A stretch of DNA of 32,000 nucleotides from Wallemia ichthyophaga EXF-994. Taxonomy: Eukaryota > Fungi > Basidiomycota. The stretch covers positions 300,001-332,000 of the forward strand of contig NW_008806285.1 in the NCBI RefSeq assembly GCF_000400465.1. Direction: 5' to 3'. This document shows positions 21,239 to 32,000 of this stretch, in pieces. Every line of letters begins with the position of its first letter. Within the stretch, counting starts at the first letter, position 1. Under the pieces are notes generated by a model, which had not been told where the DNA came from, searched no databases, and saw only the letters and a list, made by a program, of their open reading frames with translations. The position numbers and the translations under genes are program-made.

Positions 21239-22705
21239 TTAAACTACATGCTTTTCTATTCTAGATGTGTGGCTCGAAGTTGAGGGTGAGTGCTGATCGT
21301 TGTCGAACAAGACGTCCTCCTCCGCAGGGTGTTCTTGAGGACTATCAGAGGTAGATATCCGTGCAGCTTGGTTCGGTTGCTTGTTTGGTGTTTGTGATCG
21401 CGAGTGAACAGCAGAGCTAGCGTGAGATATTGAGCTTGATCTGGATTCAGACTGGGGGAGAAGGTTGTTCAGATGAGCATGGCCATGTCCGTCGGTTGGG
21501 CTGCCGAGTTGAGATGGAAGATCATCCAATGCATACTCGGAATCAGCCGCTGCAGACCAGATACGTCTGTGTCCATTAACAGCACTCCTAGCGCCTGAAA
21601 ATGGAAGTATCTTTTCCTTACCGATGTCTGCATTGGTAGGCAGACCGCCCGGATCTCTAAGATGCTCAGGAAGCAAGACGTAGAAGCAAGCAGTTGCTAA
21701 ACAGGCACCTGCAACTGCATCGACCAAGTAGTGATGACTGAGGTACATTGTCGCCCAGTACAGCCAACCTACATACGCCCAGTAGAATGCCTTGAATCTA
21801 GGGAAGAAGTGCGACAAGAAAAGCGCCTCTATAGTCGCTGAACCAGCATGCAGAGATGGGAATGCACCAAATACAAGTGGCGATGCACCAAATGCGGAAG
21901 AATATGAATGCGAGTGCATCAGTTCATCGATTCTAGCCAATCCAGCTGGGCTACCAGGAATGGAATAATCAGCTGGAAGCAATCCGTAAAGGAGTTCATA
22001 CCCTGAGTATTTCATCAGCAACGGTGCATCGTATCTCAAACTATACCCACAAGGAGGTGCGCAAGGGAAACTGACCTGCACAATAACACCAATGATGTTC
22101 ATTACACCAAATACGAAGCCCCAGAACTGCAAGGCGGAGTATGGCTTATGTCCATTTCTGTCAGCGCCGCCTTTGGCAGGTGCGTAGACCCACGCAACGG
22201 CGGCAATAACGAAGGGAACGACGTAGTGAACCAGTCCGTAAGGAAACCACGCGCATATATCCAGTATCCAATGTCTGTGCGTTGTAACCAGATTGCTGAT
22301 GTTGGCGCCATACCACACTGATTCTAACGTCGGCAGAATAGTAACATTGATTGTAGGTCTTACGGGCGTTGGTATGAAGCGTGCACAGAAAAACGTCATT
22401 AACCAACACAATATTGGCGTACCAGGAAGAAAGAACTGAGAAGTCACCGGAGTGATGATCAACCCGAAGTAAACGACAGGTATCAGCCATTTCACGAGAG
22501 GGATAGGAATTGACATCATTATAAAGCTCGGGAGCGCAATAAGGAAGTAAATTAACCACTGTATATCAAATTTACGCCATTTGTGTGTTTTGAGCTTCTC
22601 TACCGTTACTTTGGGTGACAAACCATAATCAAGTGATAAAAAGGCTGACTTTATGTCGCGTATTAAATTAGAGACGGGCTTTGGTGCTCTCAGCCCGATA
22701 CGCAT
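21239..22705 (-). CDS. AUR1: Inositol phosphorylceramide synthase Aur1
   Basis: ILPTLES, PFPYG-like WFPYGLVHY, APPW|YE restored by removing the in-frame intron 22003-22050, FGAFPSLH and LSHHYLVD catalytic motifs. Confidence 0.93.
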   Translation of the reverse strand: MRIGLRAPKPVSNLIRDIKSAFLSLDYGLSPKVTVEKLKTHKWRKFDIQWLIYFLIALPSFIMMSIPIPLVKWLIPVVYFGLIITPVTSQFFLPGTPILCWLMTFFCARFIPTPVRPTINVTILPTLESVWYGANISNLVTTHRHWILDICAWFPYGLVHYVVPFVIAAVAWVYAPAKGGADRNGHKPYSALQFWGFVFGVMNIIGVIVQVSFPCAPPCGYSLRYDAPLLMKYSGYELLYGLLPADYSIPGSPAGLARIDELMHSHSYSSAFGASPLVFGAFPSLHAGSATIEALFLSHFFPRFKAFYWAYVGWLYWATMYLSHHYLVDAVAGACLATACFYVLLPEHLRDPGGLPTNADIGKEKILPFSGARSAVNGHRRIWSAAADSEYALDDLPSQLGSPTDGHGHAHLNNLLPQSESRSSSISHASSAVHSRSQTPNKQPNQAARISTSDSPQEHPAEEDVLFDNDQHSPSTSSHTSRIEKHVV

Positions 22706-22741
22706 CGTCCTCGTTGTGGTGGTCGAGTCGTAAGAGTGGAT

Positions 22742-23693
22742 TCATTTTCTTTGAAATGCTATCGTACAAATTGTGCTGCCTTTACTTCCGCCAAAGGAGA
22801 ATGAAGGATGTTCTACGCTGGAATGATACGTAAACCCTGGGAGAGTGTATCGTCAGCTTTGTGCACGGGCTCGGGAAGTCTACTCACTGTCTTGGTTGAG
22901 GAAAGTTGATTTTATCTCTTCCTCCGTGAAGTTACACGATGTAATCAGAAGCTTACCGCCTTTTCGCACCAAGTCCGCGGCGTGCTTGGCATATAAAAGG
23001 CGGTTTGAGCCAGTCGATAGACAGATAGCGTCTGCATGATTAGATATGCGACTTTTGAACTTGGAATACCTACCAAATGTCCCTTTGTCCATCACGATGT
23101 CCCATTCACCTAGCCGATTGATCTGCTGTTGATCGAGTACATCTAACACGTCAAACGAGACTGCTTCACAGTCCTTGCCTCTGCTCTTGGCTATGTTGTA
23201 AGAAAGCTTAATAGAAGCAGGACTGTAGTCAACGCCCTTCAAATACTGGCCATCATAGCCGTTGCTAACCAATTCGAACAATAGATGACCGTTGCCGGTT
23301 CCCATACTACGAGCAGGGTTATTTCGTGATGCAGGAGATACCAAAAAGCTTACTCTAGCACACTCGGGCCACTCTCTTCAGGCGTTGCATTATCTAAAGC
23401 CCAATCAACCATCTTCTCGACGCTATCTTCACCGAACCTGGAGACTTGTGAGATGTCTTTCACTAGACATATCACTATTCTAACCATATTTCTCCCTCTT
23501 CACCTATCTCTTCAAAATTATTGACTTCCCGTCTGAAAGCCCGGTGAGCTCATACGACTGACGCACGCAGACGCAACCTACTCATATACATCATCCCAGC
23601 TATGCAAATTGAGTTTTAAGCGCTGATCAAATATCCCACTCACTGCTCCTTCGTTCCTAGCCTGGACGAAGGTAGATCTTCCACCTGGGCCAT
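22742..23693 (-). CDS. EFM4: Protein-lysine N-methyltransferase Efm4/See1 (eEF1A-KMT2/METTL10 family)
   Basis: Spliced MAQVEDLPSSRLGTKEHWDDVYEREVNNFEEIGEEGEIWFGEDSV..VLDMGTGNGHLL..GVDYS..DKGTFDAICL..LLITSCNFT..HPSFSFGGSKGSTICTIAFQRK*. Six introns. Confidence 0.92.
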
Positions 23694-23761
23694 GATCGTT
23701 TATTATCAAAGGCTTGTACAGAGTAAGAGCAACTATACATTGGTTTATACATAAAAGCACA

Positions 23762-26099
23762 TCAATCGATTTTATTTTTGGTTGCACGAAGTAGTGCGAC
23801 ATCCTGGAGTAGTGTTAGAGCAACAGTACGTAACCTACAAACTCACGTAATTCTGGTCCATCTTGTAGTTGGTATACATCTGTACTATTGTGAATTTCGA
23901 AGATAAGCATGAAATCTTCACTCACCCAAGGCACATCATTCTCACCATATTTTTCAACTGGCCTTTTATACGTGAGATACTCATCAGCCAATGCGTTACA
24001 GACCTTGTCGTCTCCGTACAATGGTAGGAACACGCCAAGCTCCCAATTAGTTATACTGAGACTGCCTGTCTTGGTGAATCTTCCCCATGCAGATGGTGTA
24101 AAGTTATGCGAGCCAACATAAACCCATCCGCCAGCCACATCCTTTTCAGTGACGCGTTCTGTTGTGTCAACTTCGGATTCCGTAGCGCTCGAATCAGTGT
24201 CTTCATCGGATGTGAATGTCACTTTTTCCTTGCCGTCCTTTGCCTTCTTCAATTTCCCAGCCATCTTGTTTTTAGTAACGGAATGTGTACGCTTTAGAAT
24301 ACCACAAATTGTCTTAGCATGCATGAAGATATTTCCACGCTTGCTCGGGTTTCTGTGCATTACGTCGCGTGGAAAGTCTGCATTAAGCCACTTTTTGGCA
24401 CTAATTGTGTCGTTAGCTTTGGTCGGTGTAATATCACCTCTTACTCCATGAACATGTTGCCTCCCATATCTGGTCCTCCCAAGTTCTCCTGGGCCATCTT
24501 TTTGGTAGGGAAAAGAATCTTGATAGGAGGCCATTTCTTGCTGTCCTCTTTCTTTTTGCTTTTAAGTGCAAGTGCATCGTCTTGTAATCCTGGTATGAGA
24601 TTAAAACGACCCGAGGCTGAGTTGTAGAACTGTCTGATATTAGATTGCGCGACTGCTTACAGCATAACCTACCTCCCTTCCCCAATGAGCTTTGTATGCA
24701 CCAAGCGAGCTACCTTGGCACTCTAAGTCAACGAACCATTCATGCTTTGCAGAGTCACCGCGCGCATCAATGAGGTCACCGTTAGCATCAACACCACATC
24801 CAGCCCCTCTAATCAGATCCGCGAGACGCGCATGTCCGACGCGCTTGATGTTGTCTACGCCTTTGTGCTCCCCGTTTATGCTAGCAACAAGGCGTGCTTT
24901 GGATCTTGAGAAGTCCCACTGACTTATCGCATTAACATTGGGCAATGGAATGTCATCCATTTCAGCAGCCACGCCCGACAGAGTGCTTTGTAGCTGTGAG
25001 TATTGACTTAGAAGCAGAATGCTCCTGCTCACTCATTCAATTTCAGCTTGTAGAGGAACCAACTCCAATCTGTTTCGAATGCCGATGCTTGCTTGCTGCT
25101 TGATCCATCTAAAGTATTTCCTTTTGGTGGAAAGTCTTGTATAAATAAAGTCTACTACGCGTTAATGAGGGCCATTTGGATTTGTTCAATACCCTACATT
25201 TTCATTTAACTTCCAGTCCATTTCAATGAAGTTTGCAGTTGTCACCAAGACTCTCATCCATCCATCAGTTGTAAATATCTAAATTTAGTGAGATTCGTGT
25301 AACACTCTTGCTATGACATAACTTACGATAGCGAACTACTTTAACTTAGAGAGGGTTTAAAGTCAAGTTAGGAAGTCTTACCTTCGCATGGTAAGTACCG
25401 CGTGCATCTACGTTGTGCATATACCAATTCCTTCAGATGTCGTCAGATCGAGATAACGGATACCGATCACTTACCTGTTGTTGACAGTTGAAGCGAGTTT
25501 GCTCTGCCTTAACATTAGTTCTAGAAATTATTTTCATAGTAAGGCGTACTGGTTGCGCGCAAATGACTTTTGCGTCGCCAAATAGCGGTATCATTAGCTC
25601 ATCTTGGCGGACATAGCTGGACATGATGACCAATTTGAGTCTATTGGGCTAGAATTAAGATGCGTCAATAGATACCACAGCACGAATCGCAGCGTACCTG
25701 TCCGAAACACTTGTTGATTGACCAAGAATTCTCATTTCTTTCGGTCAGGTAGTTGACAGTTTGCTTTACAACACCGTCGGGATACTTGTCTGCACCGCCA
25801 GTATTAGCTTGGGGCTGTTGCTGAGTAGAATGGTCGCGCTTGACGTGCTTGGCTTGTCGTTCCAGACGTTCAGCCTCAAGCTTCTTCCTCTCCTTTAAGA
25901 AATCGAATGGAGCGTTCTTGGAAGTTAACGTCGATTCTTTTGCCGAATTTGTCGCGTCATCTCCATTAACCATCTCTGGAACCGCAGATGGCTTTATTTG
26001 CTTCGGCGGGATGATTTCATCTGACTCATCTTGTGTACTGCCACGGTTTTCGTCTTCGCTATCTGAAATATTGATAACTTGTGCGCTTCTCTTGGACAT
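23762..26099 (-). CDS. TDP1: Tyrosyl-DNA phosphodiesterase 1 (phospholipase D superfamily)
   Basis: Two HxK catalytic motifs (GTYHAK..RVLVTTANF..DW and FMHAKT..WVYVGSHNFTPSAWG..ITNWELGV), plus LECQGSSLG. Multi-exon; the last exons give VPW|MYTNYKMDQNY|DVALLRATKNKID*. Confidence 0.9.
25327..25335 (-). other. 9-nt micro-exon (F-A-I) of TDP1
   Basis: aagtag|TTC GCT ATC|gtaagt links GTYHAK to IFTTDGWMRV in frame. Confidence 0.75.
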
Positions 26100-26159
26100 G
26101 GTCGCTACACAGATGACCGTGTACTCTTAAGAGATAACGACCAACATCTCGTAGATAGT

Positions 26160-27748
26160 ATGCGGTGGGCATTCAGGGCGAGCAGCCGCCTACTTCAAAG
26201 CAGAAACGTGTACAAGGAAATGCTGGATAGGGGGTTTGTGAAGGATGTTACGAGGTGAGTTTGCGCGCCAGATTGCTGGATGAGTGTCTGACGGGATTAG
26301 CGATCTTCTGGGCAGGCATCTCGAGAGCAGCAGAACAATTTATAGCGGCCTGGATCCTACCGCTGAGTCACTGCATGTCGGACATCTACTGCCTCTGCTC
26401 GCCTGCTTGCATCTTCATCTAGCAGGACATAGAGTGATTCCACTCGTATGTGCAGTTCACTGCTATTTGCTTCTCGAGCTAATCACGCGTAGATCGGCGG
26501 TGCGACTGGCTCAATAGGAGATCCGTCAGGAAGATCAACAGAACGTTCACTGATTAAGGCAGAGACTCTCGATAAGAACATAGCAACCTTAACAAAACAA
26601 TTGGGCGTTTTCTACGAGCGAGGTAGAGAATACGCGCGACATCACGCCCTTTATGACTCTACAATCGGGGAAATAAGTGTCTTAGACAATAAGGAATGGT
26701 TAGCGAAGCTCTCTTTACTAGAGTTCCTGTCGACTACCGGAAAATTAAGCAACATTGGACCTATGCTGGCTAGAGATTCAGTGAAAAATCGCTTGGCCAA
26801 AGGTATCTCGTACACCGAATTCACTTATCAGCTACTCCAAGCTAGAGACTTTGAGCATCTCTTCACCAGCCACGAATGTACAGTGCAGATTGGTGGTAGC
26901 GATCAATGGGGGAACATAACCGCTGGCGTTGAATTGATCAGGCGCGTCACCTCAGATGAAACTACTCAAGATAAGGCTTTTGGATTAACATTACCGCTTC
27001 TTACAACAAGCAGTGGTGATAAATTTGGTAAAAGCGCTGGAAATGCTATTTGGTTAAACTCCTCCCTCACTTCTGTCTTTGACTTCTATCAATTTTGGCT
27101 CAAGACACCTGATGCGGATGTGGAGAGGTTCCTCAGGCTGCTCACTCTTGCTCCGTTGAGTGATATTGAGCAACTCATGGAGCAGCATAAAGTAGGTTTT
27201 GCACTTTTCTTTTCTATCACCTAACGCAAGTGAATTAATTAGGTTGTACCTGAACAAAGATCTGCTCAGCGGCGGCTTGCTGAAGAAGTAACCACTTTGA
27301 TTCACGGGAGTTAGTCTGTGAACTAATCAACTACTCACTTCTAACCCTAAAAATAGGAAGTGGACTGGAAATTGCACGCATAGCCACGGGTGTTCTGTTC
27401 GGAAAAGACTTGTATGCACTCAAGACACATCAGGTCGTAGCTGCATTCGAAAATGATTCTCGACTAGTAAGGAAATTACGCAGTGATGTAGTAGGCCAGC
27501 GTCTGACACGAGTGTCAACATTTGGTCGGACTGTAAAATCGACATGTGAGTGACTATTAAGAGTATAATGGAACAACTGACACTTAGTAGCACAAGCCAA
27601 AACACTCGTTGCTTCAGGAGGAGTATACGTCAATGGTGAAAGGATGACAGATGTCAACAGAACACTGACGGAGGAAGATATCATAGACAATCACCTGATC
27701 TTCATCAGAACTGGCAAATCATCGCATTTGATTATACACTTAGACTAA
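26160..27748 (+). CDS. MSY1: Tyrosyl-tRNA synthetase, bacterial-type, mitochondrial
   Basis: Arg/Ser-rich presequence-like [30 protein letters not shown] (HIGH), [49 protein letters not shown], and a C-terminal S4-like GGVYVNGER. Five introns. Confidence 0.93.
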
Positions 27749-27798
27749 CATTATCATTATGCATACAAAATAATACAATCAATTTAAGATCATTGTCA

Positions 27799-28872
27799 TT
27801 ATGGTAGCATCCCACGCGTGCCCATTTGAAGAGTCTGTAGCAACTTTTTCCACAAACTATCACTCCTAGCTAGTCTTTCTCTGATTGAACGAGCTGCATT
27901 AGCATTATCTCGCCGTCTGTTAGCAAATAAGACTGCCAAGATAAAGATTAACAAAGGTGGTAACACTCTAGGCAGAATTTCTTTCAAAGGGTTTAATAGC
28001 ATCATGAGCTTTGCTGTGGTAGTAAGCTGCTTCGGACTGTTTCGAGCCATTGGTTCGATTGGTGGTGTCTTGGCATGCTCAGTCATTTGCGAGCGTATTT
28101 CAAGATGCTGAGGTAGAGTTGCAGAAGTTGTAGGGTTTGCTGCAGGTGACCTTGATGCCACTGTAGCACTATCGGGCTTCCCTCTCGTCTTCAATCTGGC
28201 AGGTGTTGCTGTATACGATGATCCGTTGGAAGAAGATCTGGATAGACTTGGTGTTGACGGCTCAGTGACTGTAGAGCTTTCTGGTGTGCTTGTGCTTTTC
28301 TCCTTGCTCGTTGCTTCTTGTAAGTCTGCGAGCCGTTGCAGCAATACCTAAATGATGTCAGCTTAATTAGTTCCAGTTTATTTATAACGAACCTCATTTT
28401 CTGGTCCACCACTCGAGGAGGAAAGCAAGAAGTCTCGACTCACTTCCCACTCGCCAAATTCTGGCAGTATGATGAACGCATATACGTCCCTGACTTTGAT
28501 ATAATCCTGATCTGCGTTGCTAGCACTGTAAAGCCATTCCTCAGCTTCCAGCTTGGCTTTTTCCAATTGATCCAGCCTGATTATAGCGAGCAGAAGCGCC
28601 GACTGCGAGCCACCCGGTAATTGACCGTCTATACGGGAATGAGAAAGACGGATGAGAAAATCGACAAATTGAGAAGTGGTGTATCCAAGCTGAGTGTAAT
28701 CTGACTTTTTATCATTATTCAAGTAGAGCGTAAGCCAACAAGTGAGCTCTAGTGATAGCAGCTTGTTTAATAATCCCGTGCTGTTGGCTCCTGGATAGCA
28801 AGCAGCGACGGTGTCCAAGCATCCAGTGAAATTCTTATTGAGAAGCTGCTTGGATGCTTTGTTGTATGTCAT
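27799..28872 (-). CDS. Tail-anchored peroxin, fungal Pex26-like (putative)
   Basis: Two ORFs join via a canonical intron (ENE|VLLQRL). YIKVRDVYAFIILPEFGEWEVSRDFL resembles the fungal Pex26 LxxLHVLPRxxEWxYARxF block from memory. Ser/Thr/Pro linker, C-terminal TM VLPPLLIFILAVLFA + NRRR and a short luminal tail. Confidence 0.55.
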
Positions 28873-28913
28873 TCGACTTGTTCTGACTCAACGTCGACGA
28901 AGACAACGAAGAG

Positions 28914-31545
28914 ATGGCCACACCAAGTTTGATTCCATTGGTGGATACAACACCGAGCAAAGATTTGTTGTTAAGCGCCGCAAGAATTACTCCTGTCCTA
29001 GTTCCATCTAGCAATCTCAGCAACACCGTCTCTACCATCCCAAAGTCATCCAGCTACTACGTCTTAGTAGCAGACGATGAGAGCTTAGACAGCGCCATTA
29101 GTTACCTCAATAACGGCGCATCAGCTATCTTCGCTTCTGTCGAATTGGCTGACAGATGTATCTCTGCTGGCGTCCCTTCAGAAAAGCTCTATGCGGTCTC
29201 TAGCAGCACTGATATTCCAGAGGATGTCCTCAAAGGCATCAAAGGTGCCCTTATCAAGATTTCTGGCGTAAATTCAGCCACCCAACTTCCGAAACCAAAG
29301 GTTACTCTCTACTTAGACGAATCTAAGATTATCCCAACCGAGAAGACAGTTGCTTCCTTACACAAGAGCAATGCTGCGCTTGCGGTGCCACTATCTCAAC
29401 TCACCAACGACGCCACATCCTCATCCAAGTTGAACATCACAAACGCATTCTTGGCACCAATCACGACCGATAGACCAGATGGTTTGTTCAGCACCATCGT
29501 GTCATCCTACCTTCACGGTGGAAAGTCATTAGGATTGTGCTATTCATCAAAGGAGTCAATAGAAGAATCCGTCAGAACAGGCAGAGGTGTCTACCAATCT
29601 CGCAAACATGGATTATGGCGCAAAGGAGAAACAAGTGGTGCTATCCAAGACGTCGTTAAGATCGACCTAGATTGCGACTCTGACTGTCTCAACTTTGAGG
29701 TCATTCAACATGGCGCTGGGTTCTGTCATTTGGACACGCCAACTTGCTTCGGTCAATTGAGCGGCTTAGCTGCTTTGGAAGAGACTCTTGTTTCACGCCA
29801 CCGATCAGCACCCGAGGGTAGTTACACTAAGAGACTGTTCAACGATGAAACTCTTCTCAGATCAAAGATTATGGAGGAAGCTGATGAGCTATGTGCTGCA
29901 AAATCCCAAGAGGATGTTGCATTCGAGGCAGCCGATTTGATTTACTTTGCATTAACAAGATGTGTCAGCAAGGGTGTCAATCTCGCAGATATCGGTCATG
30001 CATTAGACAAAAAAGCTGCTAAAGTATCGAGACGACCAGGAAATGCTAAGCCTAAATATCTTGAGCAGGCTCAAGCTAAGATTACCCCAGCTCCTGCACC
30101 ATCGACCACCCAACAACCTCAACCAACATCATTTGGTAACGATTTGATTAGAATGCGCAAGACTAAGCTGGACGGAATTGCCGAAGAGGAGCGCCTGCAG
30201 TTGTTGCGTAGACCTGTATTGAACTCAGGCGCAATGATTGATCGTGTCAGACCAATCGTTGAAGGTGTTAGTACTAAAGGTGACAAGAGCTTGCTTGATT
30301 TCATTGCCAAGTTAGACAAGGCAGACCTGAAGTCGCCTATTGCACGTGCGCCATTTGAGGAGCCAACAATCCAACAAGATGTCAAGGAAGCAATTGATAT
30401 CGCTTATGAAAACGTACGTAAATTCCATGTTGGTCAAGCAGAGAAGGAGCCTTTAGTCGTTGAAACCATGCCGGGTATCGTTTGTCAAAGGTTCGCTAGA
30501 CCAATCAGCAGGGTTGGTCTGTATGTGCCAGGAGGTACAGCAATCTTGCCCTCCTCTGCTCTCATGTTGGGTGTACCAGCGCAAGTAGCAGGATGCAAGG
30601 AAATAGTATTGGCAACTCCGCCAAAACCTGATGGCAGCATTGCACCAGAAGTACTCTACGTCGCAAAGAAGGTCGGCGCGTCTGCCATTCTCAAAGCAGG
30701 AGGTGCACAAGCCGTAGCAGCTCTCGCTTATGGTACAGAGACAGTGCCAAAGGTTGACAAGATTTTTGGTCCTGGTAATCAATGGGTTACCGCCGCTAAG
30801 ATGTTCGTATCGACGGATGCTGACGCTCAAGTCGCTATTGATATGCCTGCTGGTCCATCGGAAGTACTGGTTATTGCTGACAAGACAGCCAATGCTTCCT
30901 ACGTTGCCAGTGACCTTCTTTCACAAGCTGAGCACGGTGTCGACAGTCAAGTTGTGCTGGTGACGATCGATCTCAGTGAGAAGGAGATAGATGACATTGA
31001 GAAAGAGGTTGAACAGCAAGCTAGAAAGCTGCCACGTGTCGATATCACCAGAATTTCGGTATCAAAGAGTTTAATCGTATCAACTAGTGACGTCAAATCC
31101 GCATTCGATTTCTCGAATGATTACGCTCCTGAGCACCTCATTCTTCATATTGACAGTGCGTCTGAGAAGGTGCCGATGGTCGAAAATGCTGGTAGTGTGT
31201 TCGTTGGACAATACTCTCCAGAGAGGTAAGTGTTCCGGCTATACCTGAAGCCAGCTGACTTCGCTTATAGTTGCGGTGATTATGCATCTGGCACCAACCA
31301 CACACTTCCAACAAACGGGTTTGCTAGACAGTATAGTGGTGAATACAGTCAAATCTCTTATGAATCAGTCTAACACGAAAATAGGTGTAAACACTCTTTC
31401 ATTCCAAAAGCACATTACTTCACAAGAACTTACTAAGGAGGGATTAGATAAATTGGGGCCAGTTGTCGTAAAATTAGCTGAATGTGAAGGATTACGCGCG
31501 CACGCCAATGCCGTACGAGTAAGACTCGGTATGCAATCACCATAA
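28914..31545 (+). CDS. HIS4: Trifunctional histidine biosynthesis protein (PR-AMP cyclohydrolase / PR-ATP pyrophosphatase / histidinol dehydrogenase)
   Basis: [28 protein letters not shown] (HisI); [25 protein letters not shown] (HisE); [42 protein letters not shown]|[15 protein letters not shown] (HisD). Two 3' introns. Confidence 0.96.
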
Positions 31546-31594
31546 ACGCATGCAAGTATCTATGTTATTGTTCAATTCTATATTATAAATGGAT

Positions 31595-32000
31595 TCAAAA
31601 CTTATGCTCCTCCCCTATTAAAAGTTCTAGCTCGTCCATCCGTTGCTCTACAGCCATTTTTGCAACTTTTGTTTGATCCGCCTTATCTTTCAATTTTTGG
31701 AGATAGTTCTCGTCTGGTACTCTATAGAACTTGAATCTCTCCCACCATTTGTGAGTGACTGGTTCTTCAGGTGCCGGTTGAGGTGGTCGTTCGACAATAC
31801 GCATGTGGTTTTCTTTGTCTTCTTCTTCTCTGTCTCTCCTTTTCAGCAAATAATTAATCCGCTGCACTCGCACCTCGTTAGCTACTGCTTGGCCCGTCGA
31901 ACAAACCAAGACTGCTGTTATCACACCCGGGATAACACCTGCTCTACCGCCTTGAAATTATTAGTTTGCTGTGTATTGTGTGATAATCACCCACGAAGAC
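31595..32000 (-). CDS. Partial (5' end outside the window) conserved fungal membrane protein, possibly Tim17/22/23-like
   Basis: The last exon follows an acceptor (ctaataatttcaag) and reads GRAGVIPGVITAVLVCSTGQAVANE...WWERFKFYRVPDENYLQKLK..coiled coil*. The family guess is from memory of GxxxxIPG motifs. Confidence 0.45.

Noticed and set aside
23578-23802. 74-aa minus-strand ORF MSHYFVQPK..
   Set aside because: A composite of TDP1's last exon (other frame), the intergenic gap and EFM4's first exon and intron.
26160-27748. Possibility that the mitochondrial TyrRS is a CYT-18-type group I intron splicing factor
   Set aside because: That activity is established for Pezizomycotina enzymes with specific insertions. 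I see no such N-terminal extension here, and the taxon looks basidiomycete.
1-32000. Transposons, tRNA/rRNA genes, telomeric or CRISPR-like arrays, secondary-metabolite cluster
   Set aside because: No transposase or RT motifs, terminal repeats, cloverleaf/A-B boxes, regular repeat-spacer arrays or PKS/NRPS genes were seen. Nearly all sequence is explained by housekeeping genes.

Overview
Eukaryotic, fungal (basidiomycete-type) nuclear DNA with many very short spliceosomal introns (mostly 42-53 nt, GT..CTRAC/CTAAC..YAG). Gene packing is extreme. Intron size, compactness and protein style suggest Wallemia or a similarly reduced basidiomycete; this is inference only. I reconstructed about 20 protein-coding genes by hand-splicing: two tandem hexose-transporter paralogs, a small orphan ORF, an F-box/LRR protein, a Ser/Asn-rich single-pass surface protein, PPP4R2/Psy4, TRS120, centromeric histone CENP-A/Cse4, NSRP1/CCDC55, ELF1, PRCC, ALG13, a USP36/42-like deubiquitinase, AUR1, EFM4, TDP1, mitochondrial TyrRS, a Pex26-like peroxin, trifunctional HIS4 and a partial membrane-protein gene at the right edge. 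I saw no tRNA, rRNA, transposon or CRISPR, and I cannot support a wholly new multi-gene system. The most unusual signals are: (1) a 2-nt micro-exon in the first transporter, absent with both flanking introns from its paralog; (2) head-to-head genes with start codons only 26-60 bp apart and tandem genes with 36-68 bp gaps; (3) a CGCG/MCB cluster at the CENP-A promoter; (4) stop-generating NAGNAG acceptors and a 9-nt exon in TDP1; (5) a candidate spliced non-coding antisense transcript between the transporters.
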